DNA of 63,800 nt, filler included, from Octopus bimaculoides (Eukaryota), in NCBI RefSeq assembly GCF_001194135.2. It is 6 parts of 6 records of this genome, joined end to end, with 100 filler letters (N's around TTAATTAATTAA, not from the genome) between each part and the next. Parts side by side here need not be neighbours in the genome. Positions count along the whole stretch, not along the records: positions 1 to 19,749 come from NC_069001.1; 5 more parts are not named here. One strand, 5' to 3'. Shown piece by piece: positions 1 to 12,660 of this stretch (positions are counted from its first letter, which is position 1; each line of letters opens with the position of its first letter). A program made the position numbers and the translations under genes. The notes beneath the pieces were generated by a model. It had not been told where the DNA came from and searched no databases. It worked only from the letters and a program-made list of their open reading frames with translations.

Positions 1-345
1 GGCCTCACCGAGGCGATGACTACTGACCGAGACCTTTGGAAATGTGCTGTGCGTGAGTAGACCCGGCAAGCCAAGTGAGATCGCTGCCAGTGCCCCTGGA
101 CTGGCTCTTGTGCGGGTGGCACATAAAAGACACCATTTCGAGCGTGGCCATTGCCAGTATCGCCTGACTGGCCTTCGTGCAGGTGACACGTAAAAGCACC
201 CACTACACTCTCTGAGTAGTTGGCGTTAGGAAGGGCATCCAGCTGTAGAAACTCTGCCAAATTTAGATTGGAGCCTGGTGTTGCCACCCGGTTTCACCAG
301 TCCTCAGTCAAATCGTCCAACGGACGTTAAACGATGATGATGATG
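1..345 (+). mobile_element. RTE-clade LINE 3' end (ORF end, 3' UTR, (GAT)n tail)
   Basis: The tail ...gcacccactacactctctgagtggttggcgttaggaagggcatccagctgtag...ggacgttaaacgatgatgat recurs at 4390-4616, 13560-13683, 16220-16443, 29640-30345, 31928-32160 and 33422-33678 (+) and 1912-2330 (-). In some copies it follows RTE ORF ends. Confidence 0.8.
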
Positions 346-429
346 ATATATATAATGAAGAAATAAATGGTATAGTTATCCAGTTTATACAGCTCAACCA
401 AGTAGCACTCCAATGGAGCTTCAGGAATA

Positions 430-712
430 TGAAATTAATAAGGAGAGAAACAAGTTGGTGTATATATTCAATCAATCCATTTGAGATTATCGAAATTCTC
501 CACGGTATACAATGTACACAGATGCATTCACATATATGAATTATGATAAGATTTATAAGAATTTACAGACACATATACATATAAAAATTCATAAATATAT
601 AAAAAATTTACAACCACATTAAGATTCATGAATATATAAACACTTAAATATAAATACAAAGCGGACGTTAAACGATGATGGTGATGATGATGATGACAGT
701 TGTACTTGTGAA
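430..712 (-). mobile_element. PLE-type 3' tail, same family as 32738-33155, hammerhead part missing; interrupted by a short RTE tail at 660-697
   Basis: Shares gtgtatatattcaatcaatccat, gaaattctcca(c/t)ggtataca, gatgcattca and tgtacttgtgaag with the copy at 32740-32990. Confidence 0.65.
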
Positions 713-814
713 GACTTCTTCTATTTTTTTCAGAATAGTCAGCAATTCTTTTCACATCTAAAATACACAAATACTTATTTTATTTTTTTCTTAAACGTTT
801 ATATCTATTTACAG

Positions 815-949
815 TGGAAGAAATTTCTTCCTCTAAATAAACTGCTGAAAGGTCATCGTCGAGGAGAACTTACAGTATTTACAGGAACAACTGGTGCTGG
901 GAAGACCACTTTCATGAGTGAATATTCTTTGGACCTTTGTATGCAAGGG
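815..949 (+). CDS. TWNK: Twinkle mtDNA helicase, internal exon with Walker A ([45 protein letters not shown]); upstream exons lie outside the window
   Basis: AG acceptor 813-814 and GTATGT donor at 950; 135 nt open frame. The translation matches the Twinkle/T7 gp4 H1 region ([35 protein letters not shown]) from established family knowledge. Confidence 0.96.
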
Positions 950-1911
950 GTATGTTTTCTTAATTGAGCTATTCTACAATTCAAGAACTTTAGTAGATTG
1001 ATAGAGTATTAGGGAGATTATTTGATTATGGTGTTTAATTACGTCTCTTTACTTTCTAAATTCAAATTGCACCTGGGTTGACTTCAATTTTTTTTTATTC
1101 TGAAGACAATAAAAGACACATAGGCTTAGTACTGGTGTTGATTTGAGGAGGAACCTTCTAGAATTCTCGATATAGCAGAAATAGCCTAAATGTAAACTCT
1201 ACCAGATTCCTATCAAAACAGTTATGCACAACACACTTTGAAAAAGAAGATAAAATACTGAAAAGAGACAACTGATCACATTGCAACTTTTTAGTCAAGT
1301 GTGTTTATGATTCATTGTTAATTATTTTCCTCATAGGTATTTTATTTTGTTTGTAATTGTCAAAAAATGGAATTTTGCAATGAAACAAGCATGTGATGAA
1401 TCTAGTAAACAAGTAAGTCCTAGTCTTTACAGTAGAGGAAATTATGATATTTATTCTTCAAAGAGTTTACCCCTACATAGACAATTCAAGTGATTAGGAC
1501 ACAATGAAGTTGATGGAAAATGATGAGAAAAGTATCAGTTTAAGTGAATAAATATAGTAGTTGAAAGATAAGCCTGTCTTTTTCTTTTTTTTTCTTTTTT
1601 TTTTGTGAGTTTGTCTATTAGTTTGCCTGCAATGAACAAACTCACTAGTTGAGAGTTAGGCCTATTATTGTTATTGTGAATTTTTTTGTGATTCTGTTCA
1701 TAAGTTTGCCGGCAATAATTACTCGTGCCCTGTGTATGCAACTGTTTATTTTTTTCCTCAGGAGCCCAGATAGAGGGTAGAATTAGACACAGGGGCCCAG
1801 GTCTGAGAGGGGTAACATAGTGTAAAGGGATGGGACTAATACAGAAAGGTATTTTTTGTTTGTCCATCTCTCAACACATTCCAATTACAATGGCATACCA
1901 ACTTAACTATC

Positions 1912-2865
1912 ATCATCATCGTTTAACGTCCGCCTTCCATGCTGGCATGGGTTGGATGATTTGACTGAAGACTGACGAACCAGATGGCTGCACCAAGCTC
2001 CAATCTGATCTGGCAGAATTTCTACAGCTGGATGCCCTTCTTAATGCCAACCACTCTTAGAGTGTAGGGGTTGCTTTTACGTGCCACCAGCACGAGGGCC
2101 AGTCAGGCAGTACTGGCAAAGGCCACGCTCAAAATGGTGTTTTTTATGTGCCGCTTGCACAGGAGCCAGTCTAGTGGCACTGGCAACGACCTCACTCGAA
2201 TATTTTTTCATGTGCCACCGGCACAAGTGCCAGTTAGGCGACGCTGGTAACAATCATGCTCAAATGGTGCTATTTATGTGCCACTGGCTCGGAAGCCAGA
2301 CAGCTGCTCTGGCAATGATCATGCTCGGACGGTGCTCTTAGCGCTCCACTGGCACAGGTGCCAGTCATCAAATTTGGTTCAATCACGATTTTGATTTCAC
2401 TTGCCCCAACAGGTCTTCGCAAGCCGAGTTTAGTGTCCAATGAAAGAGAGGTTGGCATGGGTGCCAGTCGTTGAATTTGGTTCGATTTTGATTTCATTTG
2501 CCTCAACAGGTCTTCATAAGTGGAGTTTAGTGTCCAATGAAGGAAAGGTACGCATAAGTGGGCTGGCTACACCCCTGGCAGAGGCCTCGGATTATGGTCT
2601 CACTTGGCTTGCCGGGTCTTCTCACACACTGTATATTTCCAAAGGTCTTGGTCACAAGTCATTGCCTCGGTGAGGCCTAATGTTCAAAGGTTGTGCTTCA
2701 CCATCTCATCCCAGGTCTTCCTGGGTCTACCTCTTCCACAGGTTCCCTCAACTGCTAGGGTGTGGCACTTTTTCACGCAGCTATCCTCATCCATTCTTGC
2801 CACATGACCGTACCAGTGCAATCGTCTCTCTTGCACACCACAACTGATGCTTCTTAGGTTCAACT
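1912..2865 (-). mobile_element. RTE LINE 3' portion with subrepeat-rich 3' UTR
   Basis: The minus strand at 2690-2865 encodes the RTE C-terminus (RLHWYGHVARMDEDSCVKKCHTLAVEGTCGRGRPRKTWDE). It is followed by the UTR and a (GAT)n tail at 1912-1920. Confidence 0.8.
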
Positions 2866-3781
2866 TTTAGCATAGTTTAACAAGACAGCAAATGTTGATA
2901 AATAGTAATATAGAATTGAAAAATCTGAGAGTTTTCTGTCAGTTAATCTAAGATAGAATTATAAAAATAAGTGACTGTGTGAAGAACTTGAATAAATGAA
3001 TGAATTTGACGACATGAAATAGACAGAATAGTGAAAGCACTAAGTAAGGGGTTATGATCAGCGCATAAAGAGAAGGGTATGAACGAGGCTGGAAAGGCAG
3101 AAAAACTTCTTATTTGGACATCGTTCTGAGACTCATACAATTTTGCCAACACAAACCCACCACACTCCAAGTAGTTTATTCATATACATGTGTTCAAGCA
3201 TGCATAGTAATAGAATGTAGGAAAGAACATTGGACTCTGCTACCATGAAGAAAATGGGCAAGCTTGATATGCAGAAAAGAAATAGGTAGAAATTCTAGTC
3301 AGTGAATTGATTGCAAACTGTGGATGTGCTGCAGATGTCAAGAGACATGTCCATTTTTTTTTTATATCTTGCAAGGGTCAAATGAGATTTTGTTGAGGTA
3401 GATTTTTTTGACATGCCGATGCTATTGTCACTAACCTCACCTGATTTGAAGTAAGCTAATCTTTCCCCAAGTCTTTCAAACTTGAACAGCAGGATGGTGG
3501 GATATGTTTTCACAAAAGATTGCAAACAAGCATCTCTACTTGTATGACAGAGCCATTTGTGTTAAGGAAACAAATATGTACACACACATGCATACATACC
3601 CATATACAAACCTATGACTTCCTCTTATCAAGTGTCTCTCTTGAGACTTTGGTAAGCTCAAGGTTCGAATTACTTGTAAATAGTGTAATAGATGAAAAAC
3701 ACAGAAGTATAAGTTTGCCAAGTAATTATTTGAACCACATGTTTATTGACTTCATTGACCTTAGTTTTTAATTATTTTCAG

Positions 3782-3855
3782 GTGAATACATTATGGGGGA
3801 GCTTTGAGATTCATAATGTCAGATTAGCAAAAACCATGTTGATGCAGTTCTCTCA
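3782..3855 (+). CDS. TWNK: Twinkle exon (VNTLWGSFEIHNVRLAKTMLMQFSQ)
   Basis: AG 3780-3781 and GTAAGT at 3856; ends in phase 2. Matches the Twinkle H1a motif VNTLWGSFEIxNVRLA. Confidence 0.95.
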
Positions 3856-4789
3856 GTAAGTGAATTCTACTTCTAAGCCTTACCTGTGGAAATTCCAGTT
3901 ATTTTGAAAACTGTAAGATGGTTAGAAGTTTACAGAGAAGCATGAAATAACATGATACCTTTTAAAATTGTATTTTAAGCATTTGGTTGTTTAGATGATG
4001 TAAAAGTCCACTTTGATAGTATTGAGCATACAGTTATATTTCTTTTTATACACTTGTCACCTCTTCTACCTTGCAGATTGTTATTTTCCTTTCTCAAGAA
4101 ATAATCTTATCTCTGGTATGAAATTATAGATATGTACAGTATTATTCTGCTACTGTATGATTACTTTAGTAAAGTTTTAACAAAACTCGATACTATATAT
4201 TACATCTTTATGTTCACACCAATAAAAGTTCATGCTGTGAGACAGGAACATCTGATGTTGAGGTATACATTGATAAAATAAGTGTCAAACATGGAAAGTA
4301 CTGCTAGGGTTGATATGCTTGACAAAACTCTTGTTTCCCTAGCATTATGCTGTGCTTGAGAAGAAAACCCATCAAACCAAGTAAAATCGGTGTTGTGGCA
4401 GATGCTGGTGTCATGCAAATGGCACCCATGCCAGTGCCATGTAAAAGCACCCATTACACTCTCGGAGTGGTTGGTGTTAGGAAGAGCATCCAGCCGTAGG
4501 AACCATACCAAATCAGACTGGAGTCTGGTGCAGCCTTCCAACTTGCCAGCCCTGGCCAAACTGTCCAACCCATGCCAGCATGGACAACGGATGTTAAATG
4601 ATGATGATGATGATGTTTCCCCAATTTAAAATAACTATTTATCAGTCTTACAAATAATATAAATGTTGTATCTCTAATAAATTATATCTTTGATTTTGTT
4701 CCATAGTTTAACAGTTACTTGCCTTAAGAATAATGTAATTGTTGTTCCATAGTTTGGATCACGACACAAAAGGTAGATTAGCAGGTACT

Positions 4790-5360
4790 ATTGTATCAAT
4801 ATATAGCCGTCTAGAGAATACATATATATAGGGTACAAGTAAGAGTTTACCAAGATCTGCCCTCAGCCCCTTTTTGTTTATTATATAGTACTCCAGGCAA
4901 TGACAGAGGAATTTAAGATGGGCTGTCCCTGGGAGCTCCTCTATGCTGATGACCCTGTTCTTATAGCTGTATCACTACCAGAACTTGAGAAGAAATTTCA
5001 GGTGTGGAAGCAAGGTCTACAATCAAAGGGCCTTAGAGTTAATCTAGCAAAAATCAAAGTCTTAGTAAGTAGGAAAGTAGACAAATCACAGATCCCTTCA
5101 GGTAGATGGCCCTGCTTGATCCGTAGAAAAGGCAGAAACTCCATAAGATGTATCCAGTGTAAGTTTTGGACATATAAGTGGTACAGCAATATGAGAGGAA
5201 TGTTAACAGGGAAAATAGTTTTTGTGTGTGGAAGGTATAATAAACACTAAAGATGTATAGAAAATAGACACCATCAAATGCCAGTGGAGAAAGCTAGAAG
5301 TAGTTGATAGGTTCTGTTATCTAGGTGACCACCAGCATGGAAAGCACATGCTAAATGATA
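4790..5360 (+). mobile_element. RTE LINE reverse-transcriptase fragment, internally deleted
   Basis: ORF 4900-5250 contains GCPWELLYADD (RT YADD) and GLRVNLAKIKVL. It ends at YLGD, which is fused to the (GAT)n-type tail. Confidence 0.85.
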
Positions 5361-7397
5361 ATGATAATGATCAAAGATATGATCTACATGAAAAACCATA
5401 TGTGTAGTTAGTGTTAAAAAAAAGTACCTAGGAATATTTATGTTGTGAAAGTGACGTAGAGATAAGGATTAGTGTTTACATATTTATTTATTTTAGTCAG
5501 AGGAGATATCAGCTCTTACGCCCCCTTCCAGGGCCCTTGATGTTAGCGGCAGGAAGGAGACCTAGAATACTTGCAACAGTGTTAACTTTGCTCATCAGTG
5601 AAGCAGTGACTTCACCAAACTTCCCAAAATAATCAAAATAATAATGAATCATTGATTAATATTCCCAATGTCAACCAAATGAACAATCTTGTACATAAAC
5701 TTGGTGATTCTAGCACTACTTGACTGATGAATTTGTGATTGGGCTGGAATATGTCTGCACTTATCTCCTCTTTTACCAAAAATAAAACAGTATTACCCAT
5801 GAATTTATTTTATTCTTCACCAGATTAGTATTTTAAAGCTTCTTACATCAACTATGTTAAAAGTAACTTAGTGTTTTTTTTTTATGTGCTGATGGCTATT
5901 CCAAATTATTTATTTTCTAAGCTATCCTGTTTTCTTATACTTAAGCTGCAACAACATTGATTATAAGTCTTTTCAATCATGGCTGATATGAGGCTAAACA
6001 CCAATAATTGGAACATCAAGTAATTTACAACCTAATAGAATATGTATTTGACTTTTCTTTTGTGTGTGTCCTAATTTTGAGAAGTAGTACACTGAAGGCA
6101 ACTTCAACTACTGGCATCTGGAAAGGCATTTAGCAATAAAACATTGTCTCAAAAAGTACTCGACAATTTATGCTAGTATGGAAAACTGAATACAAAAACA
6201 ATGATGATGGTTTTTGAACCAAAAAAAAATATCTGTTGTCATTGTGATTGACTTTCTATATGTTTAAGAGTTCACAACATAAATTTCAATAGTTTTTAAG
6301 ATATTTTTTTTGTTACTGTTTCAGTCACTGAATTGTAACCATACTAGATAGCTTTTAGTTAATTACTTCAATCACTCAACACTTAATCTGGTACTTTTAT
6401 CAACACTGTACAATAAAATAGCAAAATTACTCTGGGGATGATTCTAGCTCAGAACATAAAGATATGCGTATATACATATCTTTCTTTTAATAGTTTCAAT
6501 CTTTGGATCATTGTGGTCATGCTGGGCCTTTAAGGGTTAATTGATTATAATGATCCCATTACTTTGTCTGGTACTTATTTTTTTCAACTTTTGAGTAGGA
6601 AGGTAACAGACATAATCAAGATATAAAGCAGTGTCATATTTCATAGTTGATGTATTTTGTGTGTGTGTGTGTGTGTCCGTGTGTCCATTGGACTTCTGTG
6701 CAATTTTCTATTTATGAAATTTCACTTAAAGTACTTTGGTCACCTCAAAGCTATGATAGACTCTCTTTTCCAAGATGCTTATAGTGTGGTTGAATCTAGA
6801 TCTCTACGGTTGTGAAATAAACTTCTAAAACATACAGTCATGCTTTACTTAATATTTGAAGTTTTAATTTGCAAATGTGTAGTAGTAGTAGTAGTAGTAG
6901 TAGTGTGGGGGCATGCACTGTAACAGCACATCACTGCATCCACCATTCGTTGGTGATTCCCTACTTCTGGCAGAGGACACCTTTGCACCACTCAGGTAAC
7001 AATCGTCCAACCCATAGGTCTGTTTAAATAGTCATTGAGGTCAGAGTTCAAATCCTACCTTAACCTCTTTTAGTCATGAAGAGGCAACATTAGGTCTATC
7101 CTTCATCAAATTTATAAATGGAATTTTTGTCTTATATTTTGAATTTATTATTGATTCAGAAGACCTGATTGAAGATATTCCAGAAGTGCCCCTTTCCTGT
7201 GTATTAGTTATTTCTTTTTTCTGCTATCTTGTAATTTAAGATTGTAAAATGTCATTCGAATAAGGTTTGGTTTGCTATTTTAACTATATCAAGCAACTGC
7301 GTGGAGACTGTCCCTTCAGAAATTGAAGAAACTTCTGTATAAAAAGATCTCAGTTCATCAGATAAGTAACTCCTTAATAAATATTTGCATTTAAAAG

Positions 7398-7512
7398 GGT
7401 AAATCTTGCCAAGAATCTTGATGCATTTGAAAATTGGGCTGACAAGTTTGACCAACTTCCCCTATACTTCATGACATTTTTTGGTCAGGAAGATGTTAAG
7501 AGAGTTATCAAG
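7398..7512 (+). CDS. TWNK: Twinkle exon (VNLAKNLDAFENWADKFDQLPLYFMTFFGQEDVKRVIK)
   Basis: AG 7396-7397 and GTAAGT at 7513. The first base completes the split CA+G codon. Contains the WADxFxxLPLYFMTFxGQ motif. Confidence 0.94.
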
Positions 7513-8501
7513 GTAAGTTAAAGCTAAAATTTCTTTGAAACCTCCATTTTAAATTGAGTTAACAATGGAGCTAGGGTGGAAACATTTTTAGTATCAAGGG
7601 TAAAATTCAAATGCTTAAGAACCTGTGGGGAACCAATTCTGTACTGGCAAAAAATTGAATTATTCATCATTACTATGATCATCCTTTTTACTTCTGTTAT
7701 CTATACAGGGATGGAATTGTCAAATTATCACATCAGTTCTTATTTGGAGTTTTTCCCTCTTAACCAGGTCACTCAGACTTTTATAAATAGCAGGCAGATC
7801 TCGCTTAATACTATCTAAAAAGGGACACATTTGATAATATCTTCAAGAAGAAATATGTTAAGATGGTGATGATTGAAATGTCTTTTATCATAGGTCTGCT
7901 CAGTTTGAGCTGTCCTGGAACCAAACATCAAAATTTGAAATTTTTTCCTTATTTTAGTTGTAATATATGTCTGCAGACATGAGCATGTTCTTAAGATATT
8001 CATTTTGCATGGAAATTTTTATGCAAGCCTTATATCAGAAACTCATTGTCCATTGTCCTATGTCTTTTTTGTAGCTCTTCTTTTCCCATTTCGTTTTCTG
8101 CATTAATTCAGAGGAAGTGTGATTTTGTTCCATATACACTTTTTCCCTATAGCATCTTGATTCTTTCAAGCATTCTTCCTAGTAATCCATTATATTGAAC
8201 ATCTAGCTACATGATATTGTTCTCTACTACCTACTTTCTTTCCTAGCCTGTCTCTTAACTTTTAGAACTCTATTTACCTTACTGTTACACTACCATGTCA
8301 TCATTTTGTGCACCAGCCACAGATCTGATCCTTATCTTGTCCTCCATGTTATAAGGTTCCATCTTCTGTCAGTGAAGAGTTGCAAATTTGAATGCAGAGA
8401 AGGGCATCCTACTCCCAACATAGAGGTTCCCTTGTTAGCTCATAACATAATGGCTATTAGTTTTGGTTTTTCTCAAGTTTGTTTTGTTTTATCTTTTACA
8501 G

Positions 8502-8687
8502 ACTATGTCACAGGCTGTATATTTATATGATATTGCTCATGTTGTTATTGATAACATCCAGTTCATGATGGGAACAAATATCAGCCAAGGAAATAGATTT
8601 TTGATTCAAGATCAAATAATCTCTGATTTTCGCAATTTTGCTACAACATCTAACTGCCATGTAACACTTGTCATTCATCCTCGTAAG
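8502..8687 (+). CDS. TWNK: Twinkle exon with Walker B and H3 ([24 protein letters not shown]...[20 protein letters not shown])
   Basis: AG 8500-8501 after a pyrimidine tract and GTATGT at 8688; 186 nt. Contains [12 protein letters not shown] and [11 protein letters not shown]. Confidence 0.97.
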
Positions 8688-9235
8688 GTATGTGTCGTAT
8701 TTTTCTCCCCCACTCCTTTCATTGTTTGTTATAGGGCAATTGATAGCAGAATGGTATTAATGTAACTGAATAATTGCTGTCCTGACCCTGTAGCCTTGTG
8801 TCCTTGTTAGAAATTATCATCATGTTCTACCCTCATCTCAATCCATCAAATTTCTCGCTGCGTTCTGAGTTCAAATTCTGCCTAAGTCAGCTTTGTCTGT
8901 CATCCTTTCAGGGTCAATTAAATAGGTACCAGTTACACACTGGTGTGATGTAATCAACTTAATCCCTTCCCACAAATTTCAGGCATTGTGCCTACAGTAG
9001 AAGGGCTTATTGTTATTCATATACACACATCAGATTAGATTGTTGGAAAAGAAAAGTTTCTAAGTAACCTTAGATGCCAAAAACCCTCTTAAGTATCCTA
9101 GCTGTCCCTAATAACACAGTTTTCTAGAGCTGTACTAAATTGGGTTTTATGCCTATTTCCACTAGCCATCTGTTCAAATCTTTAGGGATAGTTCCTAATG
9201 CACCTATAACTACTAGGATATAATTATTATTATTG

Positions 9236-9745
9236 AGTGAGAGAGCAGTGCATGCCATCAAAATAAAACTGGGGTAAAATATACAAAGCCCAGTATACCC
9301 ATCATGACCACGCATCTGATAAGGGTACACCAGGCGCATGCATCACAACTATATGTGCACGACATGGTGATCTCATATCAAGATAATGCATGACCTCAGC
9401 ATTTTTTTCCGGTCGAGTAGCCTATCTTGCTCAAAAGGTCCCTGAATAAGGGTTGTTTAAGGATGTTGAACAAAACACCCATATTTCTAGAGAAGAATTA
9501 TTCAGACCCCAAAGAATTCCTCTCAACACATGGCTATGATGCTCCCCCACAACTTCTGCTTGCAGTCAGAGATGCACATATTGCCAGCTACTAAGGGACA
9601 TGCTCAACTGACCAGTAAATCTGTGGTATTGAGCAGAATATTTGCTGTATTTGCCCATCTTTTTATACCAAGGCAAAACAATGTACATGATAACACTTCC
9701 AATCAGTTAAGCTCAGAAACCATGAGAGCCAATGTCTATTATTAT
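9236..9745 (-). mobile_element. About 550-bp non-coding element flanked by (TAA)n; related copies at 37380-38010 (-) and 59725-60290 (+)
   Basis: All three copies share aaggtccctgaataagggttg, gatgctcccccac and gagcagaatatttgctgt, and have similar endpoints. Confidence 0.7.
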
Positions 9746-10084
9746 TATTGCTTTACTTCTCAGAGCGTTAAGTCTTGTTTGCTCTGGTTGATCAGTGAGA
9801 GCAGACGACAGCCTGTTGCCAAAGGTCTCATAGAGTCTCTTTCTGCACATTAGAAGCTTTGAGAACTGGTTGTCCAGTAATTATCTGCTGCATTGCCTTC
9901 ACTGGAATCCTTTTGACAAAGAATTGTTTTACTTGTGGTCAGCCACATTGGGATGTGCACTCCATTGTTGATCATTTTATTGACTTGCATGGTTATTCTT
10001 CTGTGTAGTGCTGGGAAATTTTTCAGCCAATAGCTTTGTACCTCATCTGGGCCTGAGCATTTCCAGTTTGTGATACCTGGGATT

Positions 10085-10440
10085 ATTACCTCTGCCTTAG
10101 CGAAGGCAGAGGTATTGTTTTCAGTCGTGTTTGTTTGCCCATGGGCAAGATATCTCAAGAACTACTGGATGGATTCAGATGAAACTTTCAGGGTTGTTTG
10201 GCCTCATGACTGACATGAACTGATTAGATTTTGGAATCAATCCGGTACCGGACAATGATTCTGGATTATTTTTCCTTTTCTTTTTTAAGTTTTGAGATTG
10301 CTCTGGTTCATTTTTAATATTCTCCTTTGTGAGAGAAGTTGAGTTTATTTCAGATATTCTCATTTAAAAAAAAATCATCTCTGGCTAATCATTGAGAGGA
10401 CGTTGCCTTGGTGGAGGTTTGCCCTCTCTGAGTGCTCTTA
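10085..10440 (+). mobile_element. Non-autonomous Helentron/DINE-1-like element inserted in a Dong RT fragment
   Basis: Perfect 12-bp hairpin tacctctgcctt-agcg-aaggcagaggta at 10087-10114; complementary subterminal repeat ccttggtggaggt at 10406-10418; T-rich insertion site. Confidence 0.65.
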
Positions 10441-12127
10441 TTGTTATTATTATTATTATTGCATTTTACTTCTCAGAGCTCTCTGTCTTACTTGCTCTGG
10501 TTGATTCTGTGAGAGCAGACAGCAACCTGTTGTTAAAGGTCTCACAGGGTCACTTTCTGCAAATTATAAGACTTGATACTTGGATGTTAAGTATTATGGA
10601 AGATATTCAACACCCAAGTACCAATCTCAAAATCCTAGCTGTTCCCAACAAAGCAGTTTTTTGAGGCATGCTCTGCTCTCATGTTAATTCCACTTTCTCT
10701 GACATATATCTGACATTATTATTATCATTACCTTTGCCATAGATGTACTATGGTGTCAGCTGTTCTCTACCAGTGAACTAAGGTAACACCTCTTATTTTT
10801 CGAGTACCATCCGGAGTATTCAAGCGATTCCAAGCAGTACTGTTTTGTGCAAGTGCTCCACTCTTACAGCAGCCCTTATTTCTTCCATGTACTTCTCAAG
10901 ATTTTTACTCAGTGTTCCCAGGGCTCTGACAATTATTGGTACTACTACCATCTTTTCCAGCGACCACAACTGCTTAAACTCCGAAGCTAACCTGTCATAT
11001 CTATCGACTTTTCTTTCTTCCTTAACACATGCCTTGTTGTTAGTTGGGCATGCTATATCTATGATCCAGCATCATTTGCTTTCTTTCTTAACACTATGTC
11101 TAGCTTCCTATTCTCTATTTCATGGTTGCACTGAATCATAAAATCCCACAGGATCTTTGCATTATCATTTTTGCTGATGACTTCAGGTTTATGTTCGTAT
11201 CAATTTTTTGCTGCCAAGTCCATGCTTGTTGCAAAGTGTCCAATGGACAATCCTTGCTTTATTGTCATGACGTCTCTTATATTCTTTCTGGGCTGGTGGC
11301 GTACATTGGCTGGTAATATGCCATATGGTTTGACCATTTTGTCCACAGATTATGCACTTATCACTTTCTGGTGTACTGTCTATTCTGTATTTCATGTAAT
11401 TGGTTCTTATTGCTTGCTCTTGGGCAGCACAGATTACAGCCTCCGTTTCCAGTTTTAAATCACTTTTAGTCATCCACAGCCATCATCTTTCTGTCTGTCT
11501 GTCTTATCTTCAACATCTCTATGTCCATGCATTCTTTTCTTTATCCACCTGTTTTCATTTCCATTCATTCTCAAGTGCTTTATCTTTGCAATTTTCTATC
11601 CTACACAAACCTGAACTTTTTTACTTCCAATAATAACGGTTCTGTGACATTTTTTACGTAACATACTATGTTGTTTTCTTCTGCTCTAACGCTGTTTGTA
11701 TCCAATCAGTTCTTCCCCCTCTTTTTCTTGGTATATACAGTCTGTCTGTGTCACTTTTTGGGTGGAGTATCCTATATCTAGTCAGCAACTTCCTTGTCTT
11801 TCTGTCTAAGCTCAGATTATCATCATCATCATCATCATCATTATTATTTAGTTTTAAAGGAGTTAGCATTGCTTCTGCTTCTAATTTATCATATTTTGTT
11901 TCAGATTTCTATAAGTTGTTGTATAAGCCCAAGTGAGCTTTAAGTGAGTAAACCTGTAACCAAGGGTAACCCATTGCCATGGTTCACTCTAGTTTGGCTC
12001 TTAGTTGCTGGATGAGAGCTGACTAACTTGTACGCAGCAACAGAAAGAAAAAAGAAACTATATATATTAAAACAACTCATTGTCATAAATTTTTGCTCTA
12101 CTTTCCTATTTTTGCAAAATCCATCAG

Positions 12128-12256
12128 AATAAAGATGCAGAACTACTAAATGTAGCATCAGTGTTTGGTGGTGCAAAGGCAACTCAAGAGGCTGACAATG
12201 TTCTCATACTGCAAAATAAATATTTACCTTCTCACAGAGTTCAAAAATTCATTGAG
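12128..12256 (+). CDS. TWNK: Twinkle exon with H4 (NKDAELLNVASVFGGAKATQEADNVLILQNKYLPSHRVQKFIE)
   Basis: AG 12126-12127 and GTAAGT at 12257; 129 nt. Contains the ASxFGxAKAxQEADNVLILQ motif. Confidence 0.96.
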
Positions 12257-12660
12257 GTAAGTCTTCTTACAATCCTTAGTTGATTTTAAATGTGCTTATT
12301 CTGGCAGAGCTATGACCAGGGCCATTGCAGTTGTGATCATCCTGCCTTTTATTAAAATAGTGTATCTAGGAATAGATTATGTAATGTATAATATAGCACT
12401 GATTGGTAGGATTCATTTGTCACTTAGTTTAACACTACTGTCTGGCCCTTGGGTGCCTCAAGCAAGGGCTGTTTGTTGCAAGCAGGTCTTCAGCTTCTTC
12501 CTGCTAATCTTTGATGCTTTCAAAAAAGTCAGTGGCACTGCTCTTACTCTTCTGACTGTGTATATATATATTAAAAAAAACAATATAGACAGGTACTATT
12601 AGTAGCTATAGTTGTAGTTGTTGTATAGGTACAGAGGTTTATCTTTGGCTAGGTATTTCT

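Larger units (their letters stand above)
9060..11830 (-). mobile_element. Cluster of co-oriented Dong/R4-clade non-LTR fragments (RT, CCHC, restriction-like endonuclease) separated by (TAA)n/(ATC)n
   Basis: Motifs KSDLKLETEAVICAAQEQAIRTN, CIICGQNGQTIWHITSQC, YKRRHD, NWKCSGPDEVQSYWLK and VIGALGTIPKDL are typical of R4/Dong ORFs (established knowledge). Confidence 0.85.

Noticed and set aside
5480-5620. GC-richer structured patch in a TWNK intron with CTGATGA and CTGA on the minus strand (C/D snoRNA or hammerhead?)
   Set aside because: The boxes are antisense to the host transcript, there is no terminal stem and no GAAA, so support is insufficient.
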